NCBI GenBank assembly: GCA_003971905.1
Contig: RSEE01000003.1
Span: forward strand, 806,001 to 870,000
Direction: 5' to 3'
Length of the DNA: 64,000 nucleotides
From: Moniliella sp. 'wahieum'
Taxonomy: Eukaryota
Shown: piece by piece, positions 12,430 to 25,681 of the stretch
How the letters are laid out: every line of letters begins with the position of its first letter
Position numbering within the stretch: the stretch's first letter is position 1
Made by a program: the position numbers and the translations under genes
Notes under the pieces: model-generated
What the model was told of the DNA's origin: nothing
What the model saw: the letters and a program-made list of their open reading frames with translations, nothing else
Database searches by the model: none

Positions 12430-15400
12430 ATGCCACCCCCGCCGCCCCGCCGCCCTCCTCCGCGGCCCCAGTCCGTCTCCGCCTCCTCCGACTCGGACGA
12501 CGACCCCGACCCGCCCCCCAATCCCGAGCCCCCGCCCGCCCCCGCCGCCCCCGCGCCACCCGCCCCGACCTCACTGCCCTCCGCGCCCAGTTCAAGCAGA
12601 AGCTGCGCCGCCAAGACGAGCATGAGGAGCGCCGCCGCCAGCGCGCCGCCCTTCCCCCCACCCTGATCCCCACGCTCTCTCCCCGATCCCGCTCCCCCCT
12701 CAGCCACAGCCTCCCAGGCCGATTCCGCCTCCGACTCGGACTCCACCTCCTCTTCCTCGGACGACGAGGCTTCCGCCGCCATCGAGCTCGACGGCCGACG
12801 TGTGGAGCCAAGCCTTTTGCTGTGTCTGTGAGCGTGAGATCCCCCCAGGCACGGGCGTGCCTGCCAGTGGCGCGCCGTTGGCCTGTGAGGCTCCCGACCC
12901 TTCGCGCTCCCACCCTCGCCCCCCTGCTGAGGCCGCCACACCACCCCCAGTCGCCAGCTCTCCCCTCAGTCCCTCTGCCGATGCTGCTCCTCTCGGCCCC
13001 AATCCCCTGCCGTTATGGAAGAAGCAGCCCCGCGGCCCCGTCCTTCCCGCCATGCGCCCAGCTCTTCACGCGAGTCCAGTGCGTCTCGTCAGTACGTTGC
13101 TGGCACCGGCGTTGGCCAGCCTTGGCTCGTGCGCCCTCGGCTCAGTCCTTTATGTCCAGCTCCGTCGACGGGCGTTGGAGGCAGCATTGGCCCACGTTGG
13201 GACAGCAGCGCACTTGCTTCGCAAAGTGGGAATGGGACGCGGTGGCGTCAGAGCGTCATAGGAAATGGCGCTCCACCCCAACGTTCGTCTTCTCGTCCCA
13301 CTCCGCCTTTTGGTCCGCTCCACGTCCGCTCCCCTCTTCCCACCCCAGGCGGAGCGACGTCGGCTTCGGGATCTCATTCGGTCCGTCGTGCCATGGCCCA
13401 CGACATGAAGCGCGCCGCGGCTCAATCGCATCGCGTAGCCCCTCATTTCCGAGGCATGTCGGGACGAGGAGGTACGTGGGTCGCAAAACTTTGACCGGCT
13501 GGGGGCCTGTACTCGGGTGCGCCCACTCCTGGGTACGGTGGGCCGAATGGATCGCATGCTTACTTGCCCTGGTCGGACACTGCCTCAACGTCAGCGGTGC
13601 CCTACACCTACCAGTCCTACCATCCACCTGCCACCCCTGGCTACAACCAAGCCTACAGCTACTCTGGCCATCAAGGCACGCCCGCTACCGGTAGCTGGAC
13701 CTACTCTGCCCCGCCCTCTGCGGGGCTGTATGGCCACGCTACGCCGGGTACCCCCAGCCTCTTGCGACTGGTGCGCCCAAGAACCTCTCCTCCCCCTCCC
13801 GCTCTGATGGCGCCGGGAGCACCACGTCGGCCCACTTGGGCTCGGGGGAACAACCAAGCTTGTCCCCCCTTCTTACCGTCTGCAGCCCGGGTCCCGGACA
13901 CGGACCAACTCGGGCAGAGTCTTCTCCCTGGCCCTGTACCTGCGCAAGTGGCAACAGATTACTTTGACCGTGCTGCTCCTGGCAATGTGCGTCCTCCGTC
14001 GGCACCGATGAGCGGACGGATCGGTCCATTTGCCACTACTGGACCATGTCCGCTCGTTCCCCGTCTTCGGCGCGATCTAGCATCTCGCTCTGTTCTGCTG
14101 CTGCCTCCCCTTCCCGATCCCGCCCCTCTCGTCCTCCATCTGTCACGGGTAGCATGTTACGCACTCGATCGGATGAGGAGTCTGCAGAGGCCGACGCGGT
14201 ACGCGCGCGGCCAGACGTCGCTAACACTGGCCCAGGGTGGGAATGTGAGTTGCCTACCCCGCAGGGAGGTACAGATCCACCTTCTCGCCCCTGGGCCAAC
14301 TCGTGGGAGGACACGATGCAAGCCGCGACGAGCGAGTCGGACCTTCCTCCTGTGAAAGTCCGACAGCCTGGGCAGAGCAGTAGCGGAGCAGGTCGCGGTA
14401 CTGCACCCCTTGGTCACAGCCCCAGTCAACCACGTACGGCCTCGGGCCCTCTGGGTGTGGGCACAGCCACCAGTGCGCGTGTGGCACCTCCAAGTACCAG
14501 TTTGTCTACTGCTTGCGCGTCCTCCTTTTCGCGCACGCTCGTTGCGCCCCTGTCTCACTCTCCCGGGCTGCCCGGGCGGTGGGCTCGGGCGGACGATCAT
14601 CGAATGCGGGTCTGGGAACCAGTTGGGGCGCTTCGCAGTCCCTCTCTCGGTCGCTTTCCTGTTCGTTGGGATGTTCAGGCGAGTCAGACCACCAAACGGT
14701 GCTGGGGGCACAGGCGCCTCCCCAATTGTCCTTGTCCCCACCACGCTCTTCGACTGGGCAAGACCGATCCGTATCCCCGCTTCCTCTACTAGTGTCCCTT
14801 CCGCACGCTCCCTCTCTGGCCCTAGCATGAGCACGAGCCAGATCAAGTTGATTCACCCGTCTGGACGTTCAGCCCATCTTTCCCCTCTTCCCGAGTCGGC
14901 ACGGGCCCCAGGCGCGACGCGCAGCCTTCGTGGTACAGGCGGGTACGCTACGCGTTCGTCCAGTGTTCCTTTGGGTCCTGGGCCGTCCTTATCGTGCTCC
15001 CGTGCTCCGCTCGCCTCCTTCTCGGAGCACGCGGAAGATTTGGTGCCGAATGAGAGCGATGGTTCACCGGTCGAGGTGGCACGGGTACCCTTTCCTGCTC
15101 TTCCCTCGCACTCGTCTCCATCACCTTCTCCGTCGCCCGTCGGTCCACGCCCCAGTCCTCCCCCACAACCACACACCATGTCGGCGCTCGAAACGCTTCG
15201 CCAGACCCACCGGCGTGCCTCTTCAGCCCCCCCAGTTCGATCCAGACTGGATTGAGCGGATTGAGTGTAGTCTCGCCGCGGGCGCGGCCGCTGTCGACGC
15301 CGCGTGATGCGCCGACCAGTTCAGTCGAGACGGACCAGTCGGGCGGGTGGTGGCGCGCATTTGTTCCGGGTCATTGGGCCAGTCGGCCCGAGTCACTAGC

Positions 15401-16962
15401 GAGCGGCACTAGTGGTCGCTTGTTTGCCCCTTCGCCCCCTCCGAGTGGGAGCATACCTAGTGTCCACCTCTCGGCGCGTACCGCCGGTGCGGGGGGCTCT
15501 GCCGGGCCCTCGGTTCACCGCTCTACCCGTTCGCTGCAAAGCTTGGCCTCGGACTCGGCATCGTCGCTCGTCAGTACGGATACCTCACCTCCGCCGCCTG
15601 AACAGGACCGAAGGCTAGGTGGTGCGGAGCCTGCGCCGGCCCCGGCTAAGGGCCGGACAGGGCCCATGACGAGTCTGGTGCGTCCGCATGGGACGCGGGC
15701 GGTGCCTGCGTACGCGACTGCGACTGGGTTGGGCGCGGGCATTCCCGGGGTAGGAGAGGAAGGGATGGATGGTGGACACTTGCACCCGTTAGGCCCTGGG
15801 GAAGGGGTAGATGCAATGCAACTTTGGCGCCGACTACAGCGACGGTCCTGGGCCGAGCCCGCTCGTCTCCCTCCCGTCGGTACCGCACATCGGTCGGCCG
15901 AAGTGAGCGGGAACACGACGCCGCACCATCCTGGCTCACGCTCCACCACGCCCGGCCCAGGTCCGGCCCCTTGGCACGACGGAATCAGTTTACGACGTAC
16001 CTTGACCCCAGGCGTGATGGACAATCATAGTCGACGTACCTCGGTCGTGGTATCAGGTGACCAAGTTACCTCGCGTCCTCCGTCCCGCCCACCGTCCCGA
16101 CCAGCCTCGCGGGGCGCCTCGCGTCCCCCCCCCGCGCTGGCTCGGTCGTCACAGGCTTCCACCCTGGCTCGTACGGACAAGCCGGGCAACTAGCCACTTC
16201 GCTCCCTCGTCGCCCAGGCCTGGGATGGGGCCCTCCACGGTCCTATGTTCCCCCCCAGCCGGCCGCGCCGGGGTACGGGCATGGTGCTTGGACGGGCGAA
16301 CGGTCGCCTTATCCGCCTGCCCCTTGCCCTCCTCCCTCATGGGGCTGGGATGGCGTGGCAACCCCAACCCTGGCCGGAAAGGGAGGCGTCGTCCTCGCCC
16401 CCCTCCCCCGCCCGGTCCCGAACCGATGGAGACCAAGCCGCCGTTGCATCCCCATGCCCATGCCCATGCTCATGCCCATCCCCATGCCCATGCGCACTCC
16501 CATTCGCAGTCACATTCGCAGTCACATTCGCATTCGCGCTCGCTCCCTGTGCACGACGTGTACGATGATGCGTGGACCGCAGCGCTGGGCCTGGATGGCA
16601 AGAAGGAGCCACGGGTACGTCGGGCATCGGAAACCCCCCGTTCTCCACCTACGTTTGCTCGGAAGCAAGGTGCTTTGGCGCCCACCCCCCCGCATCCGCA
16701 TCCGCATCCCCATCCCCACCCGCACCCGCACAAGGCTATCACCATCATTGGCGGGTTTGACCAACTTACCGAGCACCCTGCCGAGGAGGCGCAGGAGATT
16801 CGACGTGATAATCCCCCCCCCCCCTCCTATTTCCCCCTACCCTCTGTCCCTTTTATCCCTTCTTCCCTCCCCTTCTTCCCTTGCCTTCTTCCCCTCTGCA
16901 CCTCTGCCCCTCTGCCTCTACCCCCCTCTGTTCACATTGGTGCGCCCCCTCCTCCTTGTTAG
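12430..16962 (+). CDS. Large Pro/Ser-rich low-complexity hypothetical protein (many frameshifts; boundaries uncertain)
   Basis: gccATGc start after a CT-rich leader; a chain of overlapping + ORFs with consistent S/P/A-rich composition; acidic tracts, an FCCVCEREI CxxC motif at about 12815-12840, and HA/HP repeats near 16450 and 16690. Confidence 0.5.
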
Positions 16963-18117
16963 GACATTGGACTTCCTTGTTTGCATCTCATCCCCGGTTT
17001 CCCTCTTCTCCATGCACCCCCGTCACTTGTTCCCCGGCAAAAAAATGTACTTCACGCGCATTGGCAGGCTACACGCGCCGTCGTGGTCCCTACGGTTGTA
17101 GCCACTTTTTTTCCTGAGCACCAGCCAGGCTTGGCGAGGCGAGGCGAGGTGCATGAAGCCTGAGGCTTGAGGTGGTAAGCGGCTTGCCTCCGTTTTGGAA
17201 GGGTTGGGCACCTTGACGAACTTATGGACGCGTTCTTGAACGTTGCACGGTGAACGTTGATGGTTGTACGGTGACGCGCGCAGGATCGATGCCATGCACA
17301 TTACACGCAGCACTGTACGGCGGCGATGGATTTAATGATTGGGGTCATGATCATGACCCGACCCAACCTCGTAGCCGGTTGGGGGATTCGGCCTCGGGCG
17401 GGGGGCGGCCAGTTGAACACGTTGAACGCTCCTCCCCTACTTGACGTTGGACGTGTGATGCGGCATGTCGCATGGACAGGCTGCAGGCTAGGGTTGAAAG
17501 GATGCGTGTTGGGGGACAGACGATGTATAGGCTAGCTGCATGCTTTCTCCTCCTACGGGCTGTGGAGGAACAGTATAGTAATACTATGCGCCAGTGAATA
17601 ACTGTTACCCTATGTTATCTGCATGTTGGAGCGAGAGATAGCGTGGACGGTGGACCGGTGGACAGCGTGGACGATGGAACGATGGACCAGCGGACGAGCG
17701 GAGAAGTATGATATATGAGCCGGTGGATGTGGGGGGAAAGATGATACCCCTGGACCGTCGCCATCAGCACGAGGACAGGCTGTGGGGCGGAGGGCGAAGT
17801 GGTGATGCTGAAAGGGAGGTGCGATTCATTTTCAGGCGCTGCGCTGCGCTGCCTTGTGCACTCGGCCCGACCCGGCTACGGCACTGGGCAGCAGGGTCAC
17901 GCGTCTAGTGCTGCATGTGATTCCGAGCCCCTGACCGGCTGCGTTGGAATCGGGCATCCTGCCACTCTGCGGCCGGCAGGACGAGCGAGCAGGACAGGCC
18001 CGTCATGCAATGTGGGGTTTTTGCCAAGCCACGCTATATGCCCCGTCCCACCTCGCCCTTCTCTCTGCCACACGACCAACACCTTCTCTCCCGCCTCTTC
18101 CGCCCCTCCCGCGCTTG

Positions 18118-19905
18118 ATGGTCACCAGCTTCGTGCTCTACCGATATCTTTCTGTCGGTGCGCTCTGGTTCCTATGGGCCGCGTCCCACGCCTGTCGTGC
18201 GCTGGGCCATCTATCCCAAGTCGGACATCCTCCCACCGATCGCGATCCATCTACGCCTTTCCAGCCAACCTCTCTCTAGCTACGCCGAGGGTCAGATCAT
18301 CCGCACACGCCCAGTAAGCTATGGCAGGTTTATCCGCCATGCGGGCTCGGTAAGCCAAGTGCTGTATCGCACCAACAATACACAGCACGAAGTACGTCGT
18401 TTTCTTACCCCTCTCTTATCTGCCCTGCTCCCTTCTCCTCTCCTCTCCTCTCCTCTCTCTCCTCTCCTCTCCTCTCCTCTCCTCTCCTCTCCTCTCGGCT
18501 CGCTCGGCTCACCTCCTCTTCGTTCCTCAGCCTTCGGCTACAGTTACCACCATCTTCTCGCCCAAAATCGCCCCGCCTCCGTCCCGCCGCCCAATGTGAT
18601 TAGCTTCCAGGCATGTCTCTCTCCTTTGCTGCTCTTTCTGTCGGCGGTCTCCCAAGGTTGCCGCCACACTGACATAAGTCTACACCTGTCTCCTAAACGT
18701 TTAGATTTGGCAAGACTCAGCTTCACTTAACTGTGCTCCGAGCTACACACTGCTAAGGGGAATTCGAGCGCCTAACGTCTTCACCTACCTCTTGGATACC
18801 CCGCTGATCATAAACATGGCACTTTCCCGTGGCTGGTACGTTATCATCATTAGTGCATCTCATGATGCAGATCCTACCCCGGGACATCGACCATCTTGGC
18901 TCACTAGCACTCTGCTTATCTGCATCCAGGTCTGTTCTTGTTCCCGACCACCAAGGTCCCCGATCCGCCTTTATGGCCGGGTTCGAAGAAGGGTATGCTA
19001 CGTTGGATGGTGTACGTGCCGGCCTTGACTACCTTGCTCTCCCTTCGGATCACGGGGTTGGGCTGATCGGCTACAGCGGCGGAGGCCATGCGACCGCATG
19101 GGCTTCGCACCTAGCAGCGTCGTATGCCCCGGATCTGACGATCATCGCGTCGGCGTACGGGTGTGCCGGTTGACCTCAATGCGATGCTCCACTTCCTCAA
19201 CACGGAACCCTTCTCGGGCTTTGCTGCCGCTGGTCTTGCAGGGGCCCTGGCGGCGTACCCTCAAATGCGCTCCGTCTTCGAAGAATACTTTGATCCCGAG
19301 GTGCTGCAAGCTGTGGACCACGTTCGCTCCAAGGACTTTTGTGTTCTCAACGTTGTTTTCTCAGCATTCTCGGTTCGATTGGATGCCGTTGTTCCAAGTG
19401 CCGCGTCTGAACCAGTCGATCTTTACGTTTGAACCGATTCAACGACTAATGGCCAGAGAGACCCTTCTGAAGAACAACAGGTGCGTCCGCTTTCCTCCGC
19501 CTCTGCCTTGCCAGGTTCCATCATCCTAGCGACTAACTGGCTGATAGCTTGGGCATGACCGTGCCCAAGTTCCCACGATACATTTGGCAAGCCGGTAGCG
19601 ACGAGATGGTCGCCCACGCTTCCGCCCTGCAATATGCCGAGGAGCAATGCGAAGGAGGTGGGGACATTGTCGAGGTGACCTACTTCCCGCACCTCGAACA
19701 CCTGGCTGCCATGCTCCTCGGTGCGCCCAAAGCCGTCTCGTTCCTGGAAAAGGCCTTTGCCGGCGAGTTGCACTCGCCCCGCCGACCCGGGCCTTCGTTC
19801 AACGGTAGCACGCATGATTGTGGGCGCTTGATCAACTACTTTTCCGAACCTTCCTTGATCGCTTCCCTCCCCCGTATCGAGTCATCTATGCATGGTGACT
19901 TGTAA
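18118..19905 (+). CDS. Second secretory lipase (LIP family), 4 introns
   Basis: Motifs QVLYRTNN, SATVTTIF, SFQ|IWQDSASLNCAPSY, SVLVPDHQGP, GYSGGGHATAW, WQAGSDEMV, HLEHL. Introns 18392-18530, 18611-18704 (GC-AG), 18836-18929 and 19481-19547. Confidence 0.9.
18433..18505. repeat. (CTCTC)n microsatellite inside intron 1 of lipase 2
   Basis: Directly visible tandem CTCTC/CTCCT units. Confidence 0.9.
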
Positions 19906-20670
19906 GGTCTGTGCCCCCTCTTCTTTACACCCCCCCACTTGTGCACCCACCTATTCGCACCCACCCAACCCGTTCATTCGTATAATACGCCCATACCTAC
20001 CGCTTCTTGGCCGTTGGTATGCCTCGAATCGACGGCCTTGTGTCGTCTCCCGATGGCAGGCCTGTTTCGATCGCGATTGCGCAATGACGGTGGCAAATGT
20101 GCAGCATTTTTTATGTGATCACGGTCTCTCTGTTGATGCTGATGTCTCGTGCGCGGTACACGCACCACCCACCCCCCACAGCTCCACCCCACCGAGCACA
20201 ACTTCCCACGACCCGACACGATATATCACCGCGATCTATTTTGCCCACTCCCTCCCACCGTTGGCGTTACCCAGCAATAGATCCCCCTTCCCTCGTGTGA
20301 TGCATGGGAAGCATAGTAGCAAACTCGAAGCGCACTTGGCGCGTAACCTTTCCACCCAACATGGTGTGGCCTTGCAGCAGGCACAATGCGTCAGGGTGTT
20401 AGTTGGACCAAGTGTTTTTCGACGCGCCAGCATTCAACCTGCAAAACAAATGGTTGAAGTGAAGGAGTCAATGACTACTGAACTACTTTTTGTCTACTTG
20501 AGGGCAACACAGGAAAAGAGTGCATCTCACACGTGGTTGTGCATTTTGTACATGTGCATCTAGCACGCTAATAGGGCACGCTAGTCCAAGAGAGGGGGGG
20601 GGGATGTCATGCAAGGGCAGGAGGGGGAGACATAACAGGTGAAGGGAAAGAGCATTCCCGAATAAAACCC

Positions 20671-22683
20671 TTAGTCGACCTCCTCGACCGAGGGACCGTC
20701 GTCGCCGCCAGCGCCGGGGGCAGCACCGCCAGGGAAGCCGCCGGGAGCAGCACCGCCGGGGGCACCCCCAGCGTACAGCTTCTGCATGACGGGGTTGGCG
20801 ATACCCTCGAGCTCCTTCTGCTTGTCCTCGTACTCGTCCTTGGAGGCCTCCTGGGAAGCGTCGAGCCACTCGATGGTCTCAGAAATGGCCTTGTCGAGCT
20901 TCTCCTTGTCGGCGGCGTCGAGCTTCTCCGACACCCTGCTCGTTGAGCGAGTTACGCAGGTTGTAGGCGTACGACTCGAGGCCGTTCTTGGCGCTGATGC
21001 GGGAAGCAGCCTCCTCGTCCTCGGCCTTGTACTTCTCGGCATCCGAGACCATGCGCTCGATGTCCTCCTTCGAGAGACGGCCCTTGTCGTTGGTGATGGT
21101 GATCTTCTGCGACTTGCCCGACGACTTGTCGGCGGCCGAGACGTTGAGGATAGAGTTGGCGTCCACGTCGAACGTCACCTCAATCTGGGGCACACCACGA
21201 GGAGCAGGGGGGATGCCCGACAGCTCGAACTTGCCGAGCAAGTTGTTGTCCTTGGTGCGGGCACGCTCACCCTCGTACACTTGGATCAGCACACCAGGCT
21301 GGTTGTCGGCGTAGGTCGAGAAGATCTCCGACTTCTTGGTAGGCACAGTGGTGTTGCGCTTGATGAGGGGCGTGAAGACACCGCCGGCCGTCTCGATACC
21401 CATCGAAAGAGGGGCAACGTCGAGCAGAAGCAGGTCCTGGGTCTTCTCCGAGGTGTCACCGGAGAGAATGGCGGCCTGAACGGCAGCACCGTAGGCAACA
21501 GCCTCGTCGGGTTGATCGACTTGTTGAGCTCACGGCCGTTGAAGAAGTCCGAAAGGAGCTTCTGCACACGGGGGATACGAGTAGAACCACCGACAAGGAC
21601 GATGTCGTTGACCTGGCCCTTGTCGCACTTGGCGTCACGGAGGACCTTCTCGACGGGGTCGATGGTGTGGCTGAACAGGTCACCGCACAGCTCCTCGAAG
21701 CGGGCACGGGTGATCGAGGTGTAGAAGTCGATACCCTCGTAGAGAGAGTCAATCTCGACCGTGGTCTGGGCGGCCGAAGAGAGAGTGCGCTTAGCGCGCT
21801 CGCAGGCAGTGCGGAGACGGCGGAGGGCACGCGCGTTGGAGGTGAGGTCCTTCTTGTTCTTGCGCTTGAACTCCTGGACGAAGTGGTTGACAAGACGGTT
21901 GTCGAAGTCCTCACCACCCAGGTGAGTGTCACCAGCGGTGGCCTTGACCTCGAAGATGCCCTCCTCGATGGTCAGGAGCGACACATCGAAGGTACCACCA
22001 CCAAGGTCAAAGATGAGAACGTTGCGCTCGCCCTCAGTCTTCTTGTCGAGACCGTAGGCAATGGCAGCAGCAGTGGGCTCGTTGATGATGCGCATCACGT
22101 TGAGGCCGGCGATGACACCAGCGTCCTTAGTGGCCTGACGCTGCGAGTCGTTGAAGTAGGCGGGCACAGTAACCACACCGTCCTTGACAGCGCCACCAAG
22201 GTAGGCCTCGGCGGTCTCACGCATCTTGAGGAGCACCATCGACGAGATCTCTTCAGGGGTGAACTTCTTGGTCTCGCCCTTGTACTCGACTTGGATGACC
22301 GGCTTGCCGCCAACGTCGACGACCTTGAAGGGCCAGTGCTTCATGTCGGACTGGACTTCAGAGTCAGAAAACTTGCGGCCGATGAGACGCTTGGCGTCGA
22401 AGACGGTGTTGTGGGGGTTCATGGCCGTCTGGTTCTTGGCGGCATCACCAATGAGACGCTCCGAGTCGGTGAAAGCGACGTAGGAGGGGGTAGTGCGGTT
22501 ACCCTGGTCGTTGGCAATGACCTCAACGCGGTCGTTCTGCCATACGGCAACGCAGGAGTAGGTGGTGCCCAGGTCGATACCAACAGCCTGAAGGAAGATG
22601 GGGTCAGAGACGAGGTCGAGGGGGAAGGGAGGCGGGCAGAGAGGGAGAAGGAGGAGAGGGCGCTGGGCACATACCTTCGTCAT
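20671..22683 (-). CDS. HSP70: Cytosolic Hsp70 chaperone (Ssa-type)
   Basis: [40 protein letters not shown] and C-terminal GPSVEEVD*. Exon 1 codes 9 nt; intron 22588-22674. Apparent 1-bp indels near 21510 and 20930. Confidence 0.98.
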
Positions 22684-22750
22684 GATGAGTACTAGTTGCT
22701 TAGTCCAGTCAGGATGGTGGAAGAGGGCAGGCGTAGGCTGGATGCGAAGC

Positions 22751-22758
22751 TTTTTATA
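22751..22758 (-). promoter_or_regulatory. TATA box of HSP70
   Basis: TATAAAAA on the minus strand about 70 bp upstream of the HSP70 ATG, in a GC-rich context. Confidence 0.65.
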
Positions 22759-23399
22759 GAGCGTATGCCCGTGCGCCGGGACAGAGTACGAACGCGGAGC
22801 AGAGTGCACGCCTGCCGCGGGGCAGCTGGCTGGGCTGCGTGGCAGCAGGGCAGTGTCGGCCCGTGTGCTGGATGCAGATGGCCCACAGCACGAATGGAGG
22901 GGAAGCCAGCCGAAGCGCCGCATGCGTGCAGTGTGGGCACGCTGCTGCCCGCACTGGCACTGGCCTCATGCCCCACCTTCTCGCACCCTTTCGAAGCCGC
23001 GACGTCATTCGCCACGTTCTAACTCTACGCGGACCTCTTGAAATGTTCACCCGTGTGGTTCTGCGCGGCCCATCTGTCTGAGCTGCTGCATGCCAAATTT
23101 CAGACCCATGCACATTAGGGTTGTGCGTCGAACACCTTCCTGTCCGTCACGCGTCACATGTCGCACCAGCATCGACCAAATGATCGTCAAGCCAACGAGC
23201 AATCCTTCGTGCGTTTCTCGATATCCCAGTTACCCCATTGCTACCGCTGGGGACCTTATCATAGGGCACGCTTCGAAAAAAGCGTTACATTGTGGAAGCG
23301 CCAAGGATAGGCGCCGCCGGTTTGTGGGGAATCATCATTGATAGCAGTGAAAAGCAGCCTACGACGAGCGCCAACCGATATGCGAGAGGATGGTATAAT

Positions 23400-24532
23400 A
23401 GCACGAGAGGGACGCGAACGGCTCGGCTGAAGCATAGAAATCGTCCAATTCGCACTGTCGTACAAAAAGCGTAGCAGAAGGAAGAAGAGGCAAGAGGCAA
23501 AGAAGCAAGAATGAAGAGATGGCAATGCCCACACGGGTGTGGAGGTGAGTGCAGCATGCTCTACTATATGGCTTGAATTGGTTACTACAAGAATGCACTG
23601 CAGTATTATTACTGGGATTGCCGTTATAGTAGACGTTGAGCTTCTTCCTCCTTCTCGAGCTCTGTTGAACGGTTCTTTTGACGGGTACCGCACTAGGTGG
23701 GCAGAGGCTGGAAGGACAAGGGCACGTCTGAGACGTTCCAAGTCCAACCGATCAGGCGTGTCGCATTGAACGGCAGACGAGAGGGCACGCTGAGAAGCGT
23801 CACAGGTAGCGTGAGTGTAGACACCATCCTTGTTGATGGCATGCGCCACACCCATTCCTCTTCTGCACCGTTGTACACAGACTTGAACAGTTCCTTACAG
23901 ATCGCAGATGGAAGCGCAGCTACCACCGGGTCCGACGGGTGGGGACGAAAATTCGACGTAGCTCTGACTCGTTTCTCAGCAATAAGCCGATTCAACTCTG
24001 CCTCTCCCATCTCATACTGTGATCCAACTTCATTGTCGTCTGCACCTCCTGTGATAAAGTCGACCAGACCTGGGAACCAAAGCCGTCACTGCCCACGCAT
24101 AACCAACTCTTTCACCGCCTTGTTCTGTCGAAAATGCCAATAAAGATGCAGTTGCAGACTCTCTTGTCCGTCTGGTCCATTCCATGGTTGGCGCATGAGG
24201 GCACCAATAACCAGCTACACCATACTGTGTCCACTTCTGTGAGGCTCACAGACTGCGCAAGATACCCATACATCACAGTACTAGACGATGTGGTGCAGTA
24301 TAGGCTGTGCGGTAATGAAGGAAAGAAGGAAGCTACTTGCCGGCTGTAAGTGGCGACAGAGATTCCGCAATGGGGGCGACGCGGGGATAGAGAGAAGACA
24401 CTGGAGTGCAACGAGCTCGACTCACGGAGGCGCAAGGAAAGGCGATGGGGAGAGGTCGGTATAAACGACGCAGGTAAAAAAGGGTTTCTGATCGAACAGT
24501 AGGGCACTTTTCAGGCAGAAATCAGGAGTCAT
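23400..24532 (-). CDS. Possible spliced hypothetical protein, divergent from SND2
   Basis: ATG at 24532, GTGAGT donor at 24425, and a protein-like stretch WFPGLVDFITGGADDNEVGSQYEMGEAELNRLIAEKRV (about 23960-24080). No family recognised; boundaries are guesses. Confidence 0.3.
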
Positions 24533-24797
24533 TTGTCTCCGCGATGCGGCAGATGGTGATGGCAAAGGGGGAAACCGTCGTCTTGAGTCTGAACAGATCT
24601 ATAAACGTCTCAGTTCACTCGCAGAGCGGAATGGGCAACGCGTTGGCTCCGCCCCCACTCAACGAAGCTTGCAACGTTTATTTTTGAAACTGTACCTAAG
24701 GCCCTGAGGTGGTTGATGCATTGATGGTTGATGCATGGCCACCTGCATCGGTTCCACTATACCAGCACCACCAACTATTGCTCAATTCGGCACGGCC

Positions 24798-25413
24798 ATG
24801 GTATGTGAATAACAACGCCGGTGATGATGTCCTAACTTACTCTATCAGGCACGAGCATCAGCCAAACGCATATCTTACCAAAATACAGCGGCGATTAAGC
24901 GCCTGCTGATCGGCTCGTTGGCACGGGCATACTACATGTGGTGATCAAGGCTCTGTGGCCGGGGACCCACGCCATACGTACACGGGATTGGGTCTTGTTC
25001 GGCCTATCGGCCTTGTTTGAACAGATGCTTGGAATGGTGCTCTTCCGCATGGCTCGAGCCGGCGAAGACCTGGCCCAGCCGGGGTTGACCCAAGTCATGT
25101 GGGACGCTGTCTACCTTGTTTGGTTTGTTCATGTGACCACTGCCCTGATTAGCACCAAGTTCTGGCTTCTTCTTTTGCTTCTGCCTTGTTACTGCATCTT
25201 TCTTGTCTATCGCAAGGTCATTGTCCCGTTTTTTTGGGTGGAAACGACCCAATCGGATCCCTCTGGTCTGCGAAAACTGGGAAGGGCACTACTACCCCTG
25301 CACCACCAGTCCAAGAACCGGATGAACAACTTTCGAAGCGCCAACAAAAGCTGAAGAAACGCGCTGAGCGGGGAGATCCACGCGTACAGATGCAACAGCG
25401 CCAGCGTTTCTAA
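24798..25413 (+). CDS. SND2: SRP-independent targeting protein Snd2 / TMEM208
   Basis: ATG, then intron 24801-24848 (GTATGT...CTAAC...CAG), then ARASAKRISYQNTAAIKRL; motifs AGEDLAQPGLTQVMWDAVY and FWLLLLLLP; C-terminal LSKRQQKLKKRAERGDPR. Confidence 0.88.
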
Positions 25414-25583
25414 TTGGATGAACATTCCCAAATGTATATGAACTCATCTGCACTACTGATACCACAGCAGTAAAGCAATCATATCCGGCAGGGCGTCAAA
25501 GATGGGCAAGCAAAGACAGCCTCATGCGACAAAATGTATGCCAGAATTGGTATTGACTCAGGGTGTGATTCCCTTTGTCAATT

Positions 25584-25681
25584 GTTCCATTAGCTCAGTT
25601 GGCTAGAGCGTCCGACTGTTACACAGACGGCCTGTGCCCTTTGGCATCGGGAGGTCGTTGGTTCGAGCCCAACATGGAACG
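25584..25681 (+). tRNA. tRNA-Asn(GTT) with 24-nt intron (25622-25645)
   Basis: Acceptor GTTCCAT/ATGGAAC, A-box TAGCTCAGTTGG, anticodon arm TCCGA-CT-GTT-A...TCGGG, T-arm GTTGG-TTCGAGC-CCAAC, T9 terminator. Confidence 0.93.

Noticed and set aside
8881..22683. TTC1-like TPR gene and HSP70 as a functional cluster
   Set aside because: About 11 kb apart with unrelated genes between; proximity alone is not evidence.
20786..22695. Long + strand ORFs (312 and 342 aa) antisense to HSP70
   Set aside because: Known shadow ORFs caused by strong codon bias in GC-rich hsp70 genes; no independent gene signals.
22975..23050. Heat-shock element upstream of HSP70
   Set aside because: Only degenerate nTTCn/nGAAn units (cTTCt-cGCAc-cCTTt-cGAAg); no three good alternating pentamers, so not called.
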